A stretch of DNA of 64,000 bases from a virus. Below the pieces are notes generated by a model. The model was given only the letters and a program-made list of their open reading frames with translations. It was not told the origin of the DNA and did not search any database. The stretch is from positions 15,612-79,611 of the IMG/VR virus record IMGVR_UViG_3300021171_000007. The stretch is one strand, 5' to 3'. Positions 38,231 through 47,247 of the stretch are shown here, piece by piece; within the stretch, counting starts at the first letter, position 1, and every line of letters begins with the position of its first letter. Position numbers and translations under genes: made by a program.

Positions 38231-38300
38231 GGAGGTGCTGGTGCGAGATATTGGGGTTACGCCTATATATCTGAGGGTTCGATTCCCTCTACCTCTTCCA
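38231..38300 (+). ncRNA. D-arm-less tRNA-like RNA
   Basis: Acceptor GGAGGTG/TACCTCT plus T-CCA; T arm GAGGG-TTCGATT-CCCTC; 8-nt linker in place of a D arm. Confidence 0.75.
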
Positions 38301-38316
38301 ATAGTGAGGAGATGAA

Positions 38317-38763
38317 ATGAGCCTTATTGAACACGATGTAGGTGAACACGCAACCCGAGCAATTGAAGAGAGACTTCTTGGTGTAGAAAGACCAAGATTA
38401 TTGAGAACACTTTCGACCAAACCAGAACCGGTGGTTGAGGAGCCACCGGCACCGGAACCTGAATCTATGCCAACACCTGTTAAAATAGACCATACATTAA
38501 TTCCGATCGACGCTCTTGAAGAAGTGTCACGAGCACTTATGTATGGTAAAGAGAAACATGGCGCTTGGGGATGGATAGAACATCCAAAGAGCTATACTGA
38601 GCTTCTCGCGAAAGCGCAGCGCCACATTTTTGAGTTTCAACGCGGTGTGACAATTGATCCAGCAACTCAATTGTCACATATAGCATGTGCGATCTGTGAT
38701 CTCATGTTTCTGCAATCCAATATTATAAAGGGTCGTGGAACAGATGACAGGTTCAAAGATTAA
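38317..38763 (+). CDS. dATP/dGTP diphosphohydrolase-like (DUF5664) protein
   Basis: LMYGKEKHGAWGW...RHI...SHIACAICDLMFL. Confidence 0.75.
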   Translation: MSLIEHDVGEHATRAIEERLLGVERPRLLRTLSTKPEPVVEEPPAPEPESMPTPVKIDHTLIPIDALEEVSRALMYGKEKHGAWGWIEHPKSYTELLAKAQRHIFEFQRGVTIDPATQLSHIACAICDLMFLQSNIIKGRGTDDRFKD

Positions 38764-38769
38764 GGAGCA

Positions 38770-39030
38770 TGGGAAGGCTAGGTTCGGTAGAAGTCCGATT
38801 GAAGTCCCTTCAATGAGCAACGCCTAGCATAGCAATGGACTGATCGCGCCTAATCGGAATGGAGGTAGACATGTCCTGAAGGGCATACTGAGGACCGGGG
38901 ACATACGAGGTCCATGAGAGATTGAGAACACCGTGGAAATAATCCGTAGTAGCGAAAGCTAGTGTAACTCAAACCAGGCCGTTTTGCCGCTATACCAATG
39001 CGGAGTGCTGTAAACAGCAATTAGGCCAAA
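38770..39030 (+). ncRNA. Multi-domain structured RNA
   Basis: Four consecutive closed junctions: 38777-828, 38835-915, 38922-72 and 38977-39027. Confidence 0.5.
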
Positions 39031-39040
39031 TGAGGGAGAT

Positions 39041-39391
39041 ATGGGAATAAGATTAACATATCTCCCTCTCACTAATATAGAAAAGCTAGAACGATGGCTT
39101 AAATTGGAGGTTGTAGTGGACTATAAAGAATTTGATTGCATAGATTGTAATTGCCATGTATATACATGGGCAGATGATGACAGAGAACGATGTGCAGTTT
39201 GCACATGGATTAATCAATTGCCTGATCTAACGCAAAACGAAATTGATGAGATACGTGTTATGACTGCAACTCCTATACTTCCCAAATATAGAGATGATAA
39301 TTTTCCTGAAAGAAATTGCGACTATTGTGGCAATTTATATAAAGGCCCAGCAGTTTATTGCAGCCATGCATGTGCAATGAAGGACGCTTAA
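39041..39391 (+). CDS. Zn-finger protein
   Basis: CIDC, CAVC and CDYC...YCSHAC. Confidence 0.6.
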   Translation: MGIRLTYLPLTNIEKLERWLKLEVVVDYKEFDCIDCNCHVYTWADDDRERCAVCTWINQLPDLTQNEIDEIRVMTATPILPKYRDDNFPERNCDYCGNLYKGPAVYCSHACAMKDA

Positions 39392-39392
39392 C

Positions 39393-39947
39393 ATGAACGA
39401 CGATATTCGTGATCTTTTCGGATTTGTTGCGCCATCTCAAGAGCAGTTGACGTCCATATCGAAATGGGCGAGTAAGGCTTTAGAGCTACAAGCTGAGATT
39501 GAGCAAGTTGAGGCGCACCTAAAAGAATTGAATAGAGAATTAGCCCAAATCGAAGAAGTAGATTTGCCCAGAGCAATGATGTCTGCTGGCTCGGAAGAAT
39601 TTACTATGACAGGAGGCGGCAAGATTTCCATAGACGATGTTATTCAGGGCAGTCTAGCTAAAGGTGAAGAAAAGCGGGAATATGCGATCCAGTGGGTGGC
39701 AGAAAATGACGGCCAAGAAATTATAAAAAGACATTTCGAGATAGATTACACCAGAGGCCAGCATTCCTATGCGATGGCATTACGTAAACTGCTCGAAGAA
39801 AATCAGGTACATTTTGACGAGTTTGAGAGCATTCACACTAGCACCTTCAAAGCATTTCTGCGTGAGAAGTTAAGAAAGAATATCATGCCACCCTTCGATA
39901 AGATGGGTTTTCGCTTTTTTAAAAAAGCTATTATCAAACCAAAGTAA
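39393..39947 (+). CDS. Replication-module protein of unknown function
   Basis: Coiled coil followed by LPRAM...IHTSTFKAFLRE. Confidence 0.65.
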   Translation: MNDDIRDLFGFVAPSQEQLTSISKWASKALELQAEIEQVEAHLKELNRELAQIEEVDLPRAMMSAGSEEFTMTGGGKISIDDVIQGSLAKGEEKREYAIQWVAENDGQEIIKRHFEIDYTRGQHSYAMALRKLLEENQVHFDEFESIHTSTFKAFLREKLRKNIMPPFDKMGFRFFKKAIIKPK

Positions 39948-40015
39948 GAAAATGGCAGGACACGATTGGTTTGAGGCGTTAACGTATTGTACGATTATCG
40001 TTTGGTTTTTATACG

Positions 40016-40915
40016 ATGTATGGAAGCGGCGTAATGACTGATATCCATATTATTGGAGCAGGTATGTCTGGCTTGTTGGCAGCTAATATGCTGCGGCGCC
40101 ACAGAGTAACTGTGTTTGAAAAACAAGAGCAACTTCCAAATAACCATCATGCAGTCTTACGTTTTAGAACTCCAGAAATAGGCAATATTTTGGGTATTCC
40201 TTTTAAAAAAGTTAATATGATTAAAACTTACGAGCCATATATGAATGTGGTAGCAGATAGTTTGTCATATTCCAGGAAATGCACTGGTAAATATCTATCA
40301 GATAGATCCATTATTACTGGAACTATTCAATCTGAGCGTTACATTGCGCCTCAAAATCTAGTAGAACAAATGGCAGAAAATGTTAATGTCTGCTATGGCA
40401 CAGGATTTGATCCATTAAAAAACAAAGCAAACATACCAGTTAAAGCTATTTCTACGTTGCCAATGCCTGTGCTAATGGCATTATTAGAATACGAACATGA
40501 TATTAATTTTGATAGTATCCCAGGTTGGGTCTTCACAGGCAGAATATTGGATTGCGATGCCTATGTCTCAATTTTATACCCAGGTCCACAAGTATATAGT
40601 CGCGCCACTATTACGGGAGATCAAATTATTGTGGAATTCCCCAACCTTGGAGAAATTCCTGATATTGTTGATCTTGCTAATGTTTATAACTCCCTTGGTT
40701 TATATGATTGTGTGGTACTTGATGCCGAATTTAAGAGACAGCCATATTTCAAAATAACAGAGATAGATGAAGCAGAACGCAAGGCGTTTATGCGTTGGGC
40801 AACTGTCACATATGGTATCTATTCTCTGGGGCGCTACGCAACCTGGAGACCAAAACTGCTACTTGACGACCTAATCCACGATGTCCGCAAAATAGAAGGA
40901 TGGATCTGCAAATGA
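40016..40915 (+). CDS. FAD/NAD(P)-binding oxidoreductase
   Basis: IIGAGMSGL, VFEK and C-terminal LGRYATW; true start probably ATG 40034. Confidence 0.8.
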   Translation: MYGSGVMTDIHIIGAGMSGLLAANMLRRHRVTVFEKQEQLPNNHHAVLRFRTPEIGNILGIPFKKVNMIKTYEPYMNVVADSLSYSRKCTGKYLSDRSIITGTIQSERYIAPQNLVEQMAENVNVCYGTGFDPLKNKANIPVKAISTLPMPVLMALLEYEHDINFDSIPGWVFTGRILDCDAYVSILYPGPQVYSRATITGDQIIVEFPNLGEIPDIVDLANVYNSLGLYDCVVLDAEFKRQPYFKITEIDEAERKAFMRWATVTYGIYSLGRYATWRPKLLLDDLIHDVRKIEGWICK

Positions 40916-41403
40916 CATTCGAGCAACTTCTCAAAAAGGCTGCTGAAGAAGCCAACGAACATGAGCTAGTAACTATTACTATTTCAGAAATAAGGAGCTA
41001 TCTTGACAGCATAGAAAATCAATTAGAGGAACTCGATGGTGCTTTAGATTGGGCGCAAGGTGCAGTCCATTCTGGAGAAAGTAAAGAAGCTTGGGTTCTT
41101 ATTAAGGTAGTATCATAGGAGGATGCGAATGAAAAAGCTACCTCCTTTAGGTGATCAAGCTATACAACCGGAATACAAAGAAAAGATGATAGCATTAGCT
41201 CAAGCTATTGATGAACTATTTAATGGAGAAGCCAAAGGTAAAGATAAAAAAGTTGGTTTTGTATTAATGGTATTTCCATTTGGTAACGAAGATGGGCGTT
41301 GCAATTATATCAGCAACGGTGCTGATAGAAAAGATATTGTTGTTATGATGAAAGAACAGATTAAACGATTTGAAGGCCAAAAAGAAGAAGTTGGGAGAGC
41401 ATA

Positions 41404-42138
41404 ATGAAAGTAACGCTTATTGACGGAACAGGATTTGGTTCTCCAAATCCAAGTCGCTATGCTGCAAATATGATTGCATACACTAGATCAACAAGACTCA
41501 ATATGTCTCCAGGATTACTTGCTGAAATCCAAGCAAAAGAAGATTTTGAAGTTCTTAAAGAAGTGCAATTGGCAGCAGGTACAATTCCATCTAGCTGGGA
41601 GTTCGTTCAATTCACATTTGTTATAGAGAAAGTGACACGAGCATTTACCCACCAATTGGTGCGCACCAGACACGCCTCATATGCTCAACAAGCTATGCGT
41701 ATTGTTGAGATGACAGATTTTGAATACGCTAGAGGTCCGTCTGTTGGAGAACAAGGATTATACGATGATACTATGGCAATGATTGCCAAAAATTATAAGA
41801 TATTAATTGATTCAGGTGCAACGACTGAGGATGCGAGAGGCATATTGCCAACGAATATTCTCACCAATATTTGTATGCATATCAACATGCGTAACTTTGT
41901 TAATTTGACAAGGAAACGCGTCAGTAGACGTGTGCAAAATGAGTACAGAAATGTACTTGATGCAGCAATAATTGAAGTCGAGAAAACATATCCATGGTTC
42001 TATCTTTTCTATAAAAATGATGCATTTAAGGCCAGAAAAGATCTGCAAGATATGATCTATGAAAATAAGCACCTGCTACCTGAAGAAAAGGTAGACATGG
42101 TTAAGAAATTGGATATTATAGGAGGGCAAGAGTTATGA
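41404..42138 (+). CDS. thyX: Divergent FAD-dependent thymidylate synthase
   Basis: SSWEF, TRAFTHQLVRTRHASYAQQAMR and EDARGILP. Confidence 0.8.
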   Translation: MKVTLIDGTGFGSPNPSRYAANMIAYTRSTRLNMSPGLLAEIQAKEDFEVLKEVQLAAGTIPSSWEFVQFTFVIEKVTRAFTHQLVRTRHASYAQQAMRIVEMTDFEYARGPSVGEQGLYDDTMAMIAKNYKILIDSGATTEDARGILPTNILTNICMHINMRNFVNLTRKRVSRRVQNEYRNVLDAAIIEVEKTYPWFYLFYKNDAFKARKDLQDMIYENKHLLPEEKVDMVKKLDIIGGQEL

Positions 42139-42310
42139 AATTAAATTGGGCAGAAGAACTTGCCCTAGATGTATCAATGTGTTATCAGCAAGGAAAGGTG
42201 GCGCGACAAAAGAATGAAAGCAGGTTCGACAATCCATATATGCAAAAGAAATTCACATACGAAAAAGCATGGGATCAAGGTTGGGTAGATGAGGACGGTC
42301 TTATAAATCA

Positions 42311-42757
42311 ATGATAGTTGTTGTTGATCTCGATCATACTGTGTCTGACGCGTTTTGGCGCGACAGTATGATAGGTGTCAATCCTTGGGATGAATATTAC
42401 GAAAACGCTAAGTACGATAAGCCATTCAAGAACGTAGCTAATTTAATCAATTCTCTTTCTGCTATGAACTACGAGATTATAGCATTTACTGGAAGACCAG
42501 AAAAATTTAGAACTCTAACAGTCAGTTGGTTAGTTCGTAATAGAATTGACATAGATACTATCTTGATGCGCCCAGACGAGGATTATACCAAAAATAGCGA
42601 GTTGAAACTTAGATTAATCAAAGAACATTTTAAGGATAGATTTTATCAAATACATTTTATTATTGACGATAATGAGGAATCAGTATTAGAATTTTACAAA
42701 TTGGGGATACCTACACTTCAAATAAGAAACGTAAGACCAAAGGATCTCTTCGCGTGA
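42311..42757 (+). CDS. HAD phosphatase (PNKP phosphatase-like)
   Basis: DLDHT, FTGR, LMRP and IIDD. Confidence 0.8.
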   Translation: MIVVVDLDHTVSDAFWRDSMIGVNPWDEYYENAKYDKPFKNVANLINSLSAMNYEIIAFTGRPEKFRTLTVSWLVRNRIDIDTILMRPDEDYTKNSELKLRLIKEHFKDRFYQIHFIIDDNEESVLEFYKLGIPTLQIRNVRPKDLFA

Positions 42758-43047
42758 CAGAACTATCAGAAACAGAACAAGCCATAGGACTTATGAATGA
42801 ATTAATAAAGACTATGAAGGAGCGTGAAGCAGAGTATGGTAGTAATGAACACAAAACTGCCCAGATATTGATGATATTATTTCCAGAAGGAATACATGTC
42901 AACTCTTTTGAAGCAGCAGTCAGAATTAAATTCTTGATCTATATAATAGATAAACTCAGTAGATATTCAAAAAAAGGGAATAAAGATAGTTTGATAGATT
43001 TGGCAGGATATGCGTTGCGTTTGGCAGTATTCGATCCAAAGGAGTAG
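42754..43047 (+). CDS. DUF6378/Nmad-like all-alpha domain protein
   Basis: REAEYG...KLSRY...DSLIDLAGYA. Confidence 0.65.
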   Translation: MTELSETEQAIGLMNELIKTMKEREAEYGSNEHKTAQILMILFPEGIHVNSFEAAVRIKFLIYIIDKLSRYSKKGNKDSLIDLAGYALRLAVFDPKE

Positions 43048-43053
43048 GTAGCA

Positions 43054-43566
43054 ATGGGTAATGAGCCATATACTGAACAAGAATACAAAAGGGCATGGAA
43101 AGGAAATAACAGGTCAGTTCGTGATCTAATAGAAGAATGGCCTAAGAGCAGATGGCCAGCAGTAATTAAAGATGAATTAATTAATCAATCAAAAATAGCA
43201 AACCCTAATGTTGGATTTACTCAATACATTGCCAATGGGTTAAATGGAGTAACTAATCAAACTAATTCTAAACCAATATTTACTCAACCAACAACAATTC
43301 CAAAAGACATAAAGGAATTGAGTATATTGAATTGGGCTAGATGGATATATTGGCATCAAGATGAATGGAAATATTCAGGCTGTAAATATCCAGAAAAGAG
43401 CCGTGAATGGGTAACTGCAAAAGACAGAGATTCTGGGAGGGATATTGATAATCAAAAACTGTTACGCGAGTATGAATGGACAGAATTATCTGATAACCAA
43501 CTTTGGCTTGTTAGAGGAACTATCAACGCATTCATAATCTATCTAAGATCAATAGGTTTTAAATGA
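43054..43566 (+). CDS. Hypothetical protein
   Basis: 170 aa coupled ORF. Confidence 0.6.
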   Translation: MGNEPYTEQEYKRAWKGNNRSVRDLIEEWPKSRWPAVIKDELINQSKIANPNVGFTQYIANGLNGVTNQTNSKPIFTQPTTIPKDIKELSILNWARWIYWHQDEWKYSGCKYPEKSREWVTAKDRDSGRDIDNQKLLREYEWTELSDNQLWLVRGTINAFIIYLRSIGFK

Positions 43567-44096
43567 TCGCTACAGTATTTGACACAGAAACAACTGGGTT
43601 AATCATTAACCCAGCTCGTAAATTGGATACACAGCCTGAGATCATATCTCTGGCAATGCAATCATTAATTGTGCCTAGTGGTGAATTACAAGTATCATAT
43701 TATAAAGTATTTAAACCAAAGAAACCTATCCCAGAAGAGATCACAAAGATAACTGGATTTACTAATGACTCTGTCTCTGGTGCGCCACCAATTAAAGATC
43801 ATTTGGAAGATATAATTGTTTTCTTAGAAACATCAGAATTAATCATAGGTCAAAATCTAGGTTTCGATATGAGTATGATAGAGTTAGAATGCCAAAGAGA
43901 CAATAGACGAATTAAATGGCCAAAGAAACTTGATCTTGTTGCCAGCACAATACACCTTAAAGGCTATCGTTTGAGTCTTAAAAACCTTCATACAGAATTG
44001 TTTGGAGTTGCATTTGAAGATTCACATACCGCAGATGCAGACGTTGCAGCAACCGTGAGATGCACTGTTGAATTATATAAGCGCGGCTTGTTATGA
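43563..44096 (+). CDS. dnaQ: DEDDh 3'-5' exonuclease (Pol III epsilon-like)
   Basis: FDTETTG, QNLGFD and HTADAD. Confidence 0.85.
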   Translation: MIATVFDTETTGLIINPARKLDTQPEIISLAMQSLIVPSGELQVSYYKVFKPKKPIPEEITKITGFTNDSVSGAPPIKDHLEDIIVFLETSELIIGQNLGFDMSMIELECQRDNRRIKWPKKLDLVASTIHLKGYRLSLKNLHTELFGVAFEDSHTADADVAATVRCTVELYKRGLL

Positions 44097-44355
44097 AGAA
44101 GGTAAAGTATTACGTGTCCAGATACAACAGACATGAGGCAGAAATCCCAGAAACGTGGGAAGAGGCACGAAATATGTTAGAACATGTTATGAAGAATTAT
44201 AATAGCCATCGTGGCGGCAATAATGAGCGTCTCTCAGTTGCATGTCGCGTTGCTTTTGGTATGTTCAATAAAGATAATTTGATACCTGATCCAACACATG
44301 CCTTGATGTTTTTAATGATGAAAATTTGTGAGCGCAAAGGAGCAGGGCTTGACAA

Positions 44356-47247
44356 ATGAGAATCAAGTCAGAATATAGTTTTCGTCACGCATACGGAAAA
44401 ATTGAAGATGTTCATAATAGAGTGCTACAGTGTGACTGGTTAGCAGCGCCCATTTCAGATCGTTTGTCTACATTCGGATTTACAGATTGGGATAAACTAT
44501 GTGATGAAGTTAAAGTAAAACCCGTGTTTGGTGTAGAGCTTGGAGTGACTCCACTTCTAGGCCAGAAGAAACCGCCAGTATCTTACTGGACCTTTTTCGC
44601 CACAAGCAAGCTCCGCACCATTAATGAATTAGTTCTAAAGGCAACATCCAAAACAGGATATTATCCAGTCTTATCTTATGAAGAAGCTATTCTTACAGAA
44701 GAAGTAATCAAGATTGCTGATAATAAATTGTTGCTGTCTGAAATCTATCCTCATGAGTATTTTTTTATTGCCTTGTCTCCATCCACTCCTATTGGCTTAT
44801 TCAGAGAAGCAAAGGCTAAAGGATTTCAATTTATAGCTAGTAGTGATAATGTTTTTACATATCCAGAAGATAAATTGCCATATCATACCTTAATAGGTAA
44901 GAACTCAGAAACATCTCTATTTCCACAGTACATTATGACAGATGAAGAATGGCGAGCGGCGCTCCCATATTGTGTAACAGATATTGACGCACAATGTGCG
45001 ATAATCAATAGAGACTTTGCATTGGATATTTGTAATGCCAAATTGCTTAAGGCTGACATTTTCCGACCTTCTCATAATTATTCATTAAGACAGATGTGCG
45101 AAGATGGCGCATCAAAGTTGGGAATAGATTTAAATGATCCAATTTATGCAGAACGATTGGATCGAGAAATACAATTAATTGAGGAAAAGAACTTCCAAGA
45201 CTATTTCTATATCGTAGCAGATTTGGTTGCTTATGCCAAAGAACACATGATCGTAGGACCGGGCCGTGGCTCATCTTCTGGTAGTCTGCTCTGTTATCTT
45301 TGTGGTATTACAAACGTCAATCCTATTAAATTTGGCCTTCTCTTCGAGAGATTTATCGACGTCACGAGGGCAGATCTTCCTGACATTGATCTTGATTTTA
45401 GCGACGCTAAACGGCATTTGGTTTTTGACTATATTAAAGACAAGTATGGAGTTGAACATGTGGCGCGGCTAGGCTCAGTTATGAGCTATAAGCCAAGATC
45501 AATTCTCAATACAGCAGGACAATCTTTGGGTATACCAAAGTGGCTGTGCGACAAGGTAGCTGACACACTTATCGAGCGATCATCAAAAGATTCCCGTGCG
45601 CTCCAATCATTTGAGGAGACTTTCTCTGACACAGAAATCGGAAGGAAACTACTCACGGAATATCCAGAAATTTCAGCAGTATTTGAAGCTGAAGATCATG
45701 CAACTAATGCTGGCCAGCACGCAGCCGGTATCGCCATTACTAGTGGTGAAGTATTGGACTATGTTGCTATTGATGGTCGGACTGGCGGAATCATGGCAGA
45801 TAAATATGATGCAGAAGTTCTCAACATTCTTAAAATTGATATTTTGGGTCTATCTCAATTATCCGTTTTTGAACGAGCTTTAGAACTAATAGGTGAACAG
45901 CCAAAGAACGGTTTCCTTGAGGCGCTCCCGTTAGATGATCAAAAAGCGTTCGACGTATTGAATAAGAAACAGTTCTCAGGTATATTTCAAGCAAATGGAA
46001 AGAGTTTGCAAATTTTGTTTCAATCTATTCATACGGATAGATTAGGAGATTTGGTAGCTATCACTTCTTTGTCGCGCCCAGGGCCAGTTGCTGCTGGTGG
46101 AGCAGTCCGTTGGACACGTAAAAGAATGGGGACAGAACCTGCTACATATCATCATCCTATGCTAATTCCATATTTGGAAGTTACATATGGAGAGGTAGTT
46201 TATCAAGAGCAGGTGATGTCTATCTGTCGCGATGTTGGCAAAATGGACTTTCGCGGCGTTACTAAGATCAGAAAGGCTATGTCCAAATCTTTGGGCGTAG
46301 AAGAAATGAAGACGTTAGGTGAGCCATTTAAGAAAGGCGCGTTTGAGAATGGATTAGATGAAAAGACGATAGACACTATTTGGGCAGAACTAATCCAAAT
46401 GGGTGCTTGGTCGTTTAATCTGTCACATGCACTTTCGTATTCTTTGATAACGTATTGGTGTTGTTGGCTTAAAGCGTATCATCCTGTAGAATTTGCAGCA
46501 GCCACATTAGACAATGAGTACGAGCCTATGAAGCAACTCAGATTGCTTCGTGAGCTAGATATGGAAGGTATCAAATACAAACCGTTAGATATTGAGAAGT
46601 CTACAGAGCGATGGAATATCAAAGAAGAGGATGGTAAGAAAATCCTCGTTGGTCCTCTTACGAATATCAAGGGTGTCGGTCCAGTTACGGTGCGTAAGAT
46701 ATTGGAGTCACGCAAACCTGGTGGCGCACCATTAACTCCTGCCATAATGGCAAAACTGCAAACTGCATCAACAAAGATAGACTCACTCACTCCTATTAGA
46801 GATGCAATCAACAAAATACATCCAGATTTAAGTAAGATCAATATTATATCAGAGCCTACGCCTATATGTGATCTCTATGCAGGATTGAATGATCAATACA
46901 CAATTCTTGGGCTTGTCAAAAAGATACAGCCTCGGGATGAAAATGATCTTCATTCATTAGCAAAGAGAGATGGCAGAAGAATTGAGGGTCCATCTTGGAG
47001 TCTTAATCTGTTCGTGCATGACGATACTGATGAGATTTTGTGCAAGATTGATAGATATGACTATTCTACTTCAGGTAAGAAAATTGAAGAAATAGCTGGT
47101 GCAGGTGATTCTTTGTATGCCATTAGAGGACGCATACCAAGAGGCTTTAGAATGATCTTAATTTCAAATATTAGGTATCTTGGTAAGATGTCTGATCTAG
47201 AAATTAAGATGCAGCCGAAGATGAAAGGTCCAGATCTTTTCGCATGA
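44356..47247 (+). CDS. dnaE: DNA polymerase III alpha subunit
   Basis: GPGRGSSSGS, LLFERF, PDIDLDF, HAAG, KIDILGL, YQEQVM and FNLSHA. Confidence 0.95.
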   Translation: MRIKSEYSFRHAYGKIEDVHNRVLQCDWLAAPISDRLSTFGFTDWDKLCDEVKVKPVFGVELGVTPLLGQKKPPVSYWTFFATSKLRTINELVLKATSKTGYYPVLSYEEAILTEEVIKIADNKLLLSEIYPHEYFFIALSPSTPIGLFREAKAKGFQFIASSDNVFTYPEDKLPYHTLIGKNSETSLFPQYIMTDEEWRAALPYCVTDIDAQCAIINRDFALDICNAKLLKADIFRPSHNYSLRQMCEDGASKLGIDLNDPIYAERLDREIQLIEEKNFQDYFYIVADLVAYAKEHMIVGPGRGSSSGSLLCYLCGITNVNPIKFGLLFERFIDVTRADLPDIDLDFSDAKRHLVFDYIKDKYGVEHVARLGSVMSYKPRSILNTAGQSLGIPKWLCDKVADTLIERSSKDSRALQSFEETFSDTEIGRKLLTEYPEISAVFEAEDHATNAGQHAAGIAITSGEVLDYVAIDGRTGGIMADKYDAEVLNILKIDILGLSQLSVFERALELIGEQPKNGFLEALPLDDQKAFDVLNKKQFSGIFQANGKSLQILFQSIHTDRLGDLVAITSLSRPGPVAAGGAVRWTRKRMGTEPATYHHPMLIPYLEVTYGEVVYQEQVMSICRDVGKMDFRGVTKIRKAMSKSLGVEEMKTLGEPFKKGAFENGLDEKTIDTIWAELIQMGAWSFNLSHALSYSLITYWCCWLKAYHPVEFAAATLDNEYEPMKQLRLLRELDMEGIKYKPLDIEKSTERWNIKEEDGKKILVGPLTNIKGVGPVTVRKILESRKPGGAPLTPAIMAKLQTASTKIDSLTPIRDAINKIHPDLSKINIISEPTPICDLYAGLNDQYTILGLVKKIQPRDENDLHSLAKRDGRRIEGPSWSLNLFVHDDTDEILCKIDRYDYSTSGKKIEEIAGAGDSLYAIRGRIPRGFRMILISNIRYLGKMSDLEIKMQPKMKGPDLFA

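Noticed and set aside
38231-38300. Canonical or suppressor tRNA (TTA in the loop)
   Set aside because: No D stem and no standard 5-bp/7-nt anticodon arm, so no anticodon can be assigned.
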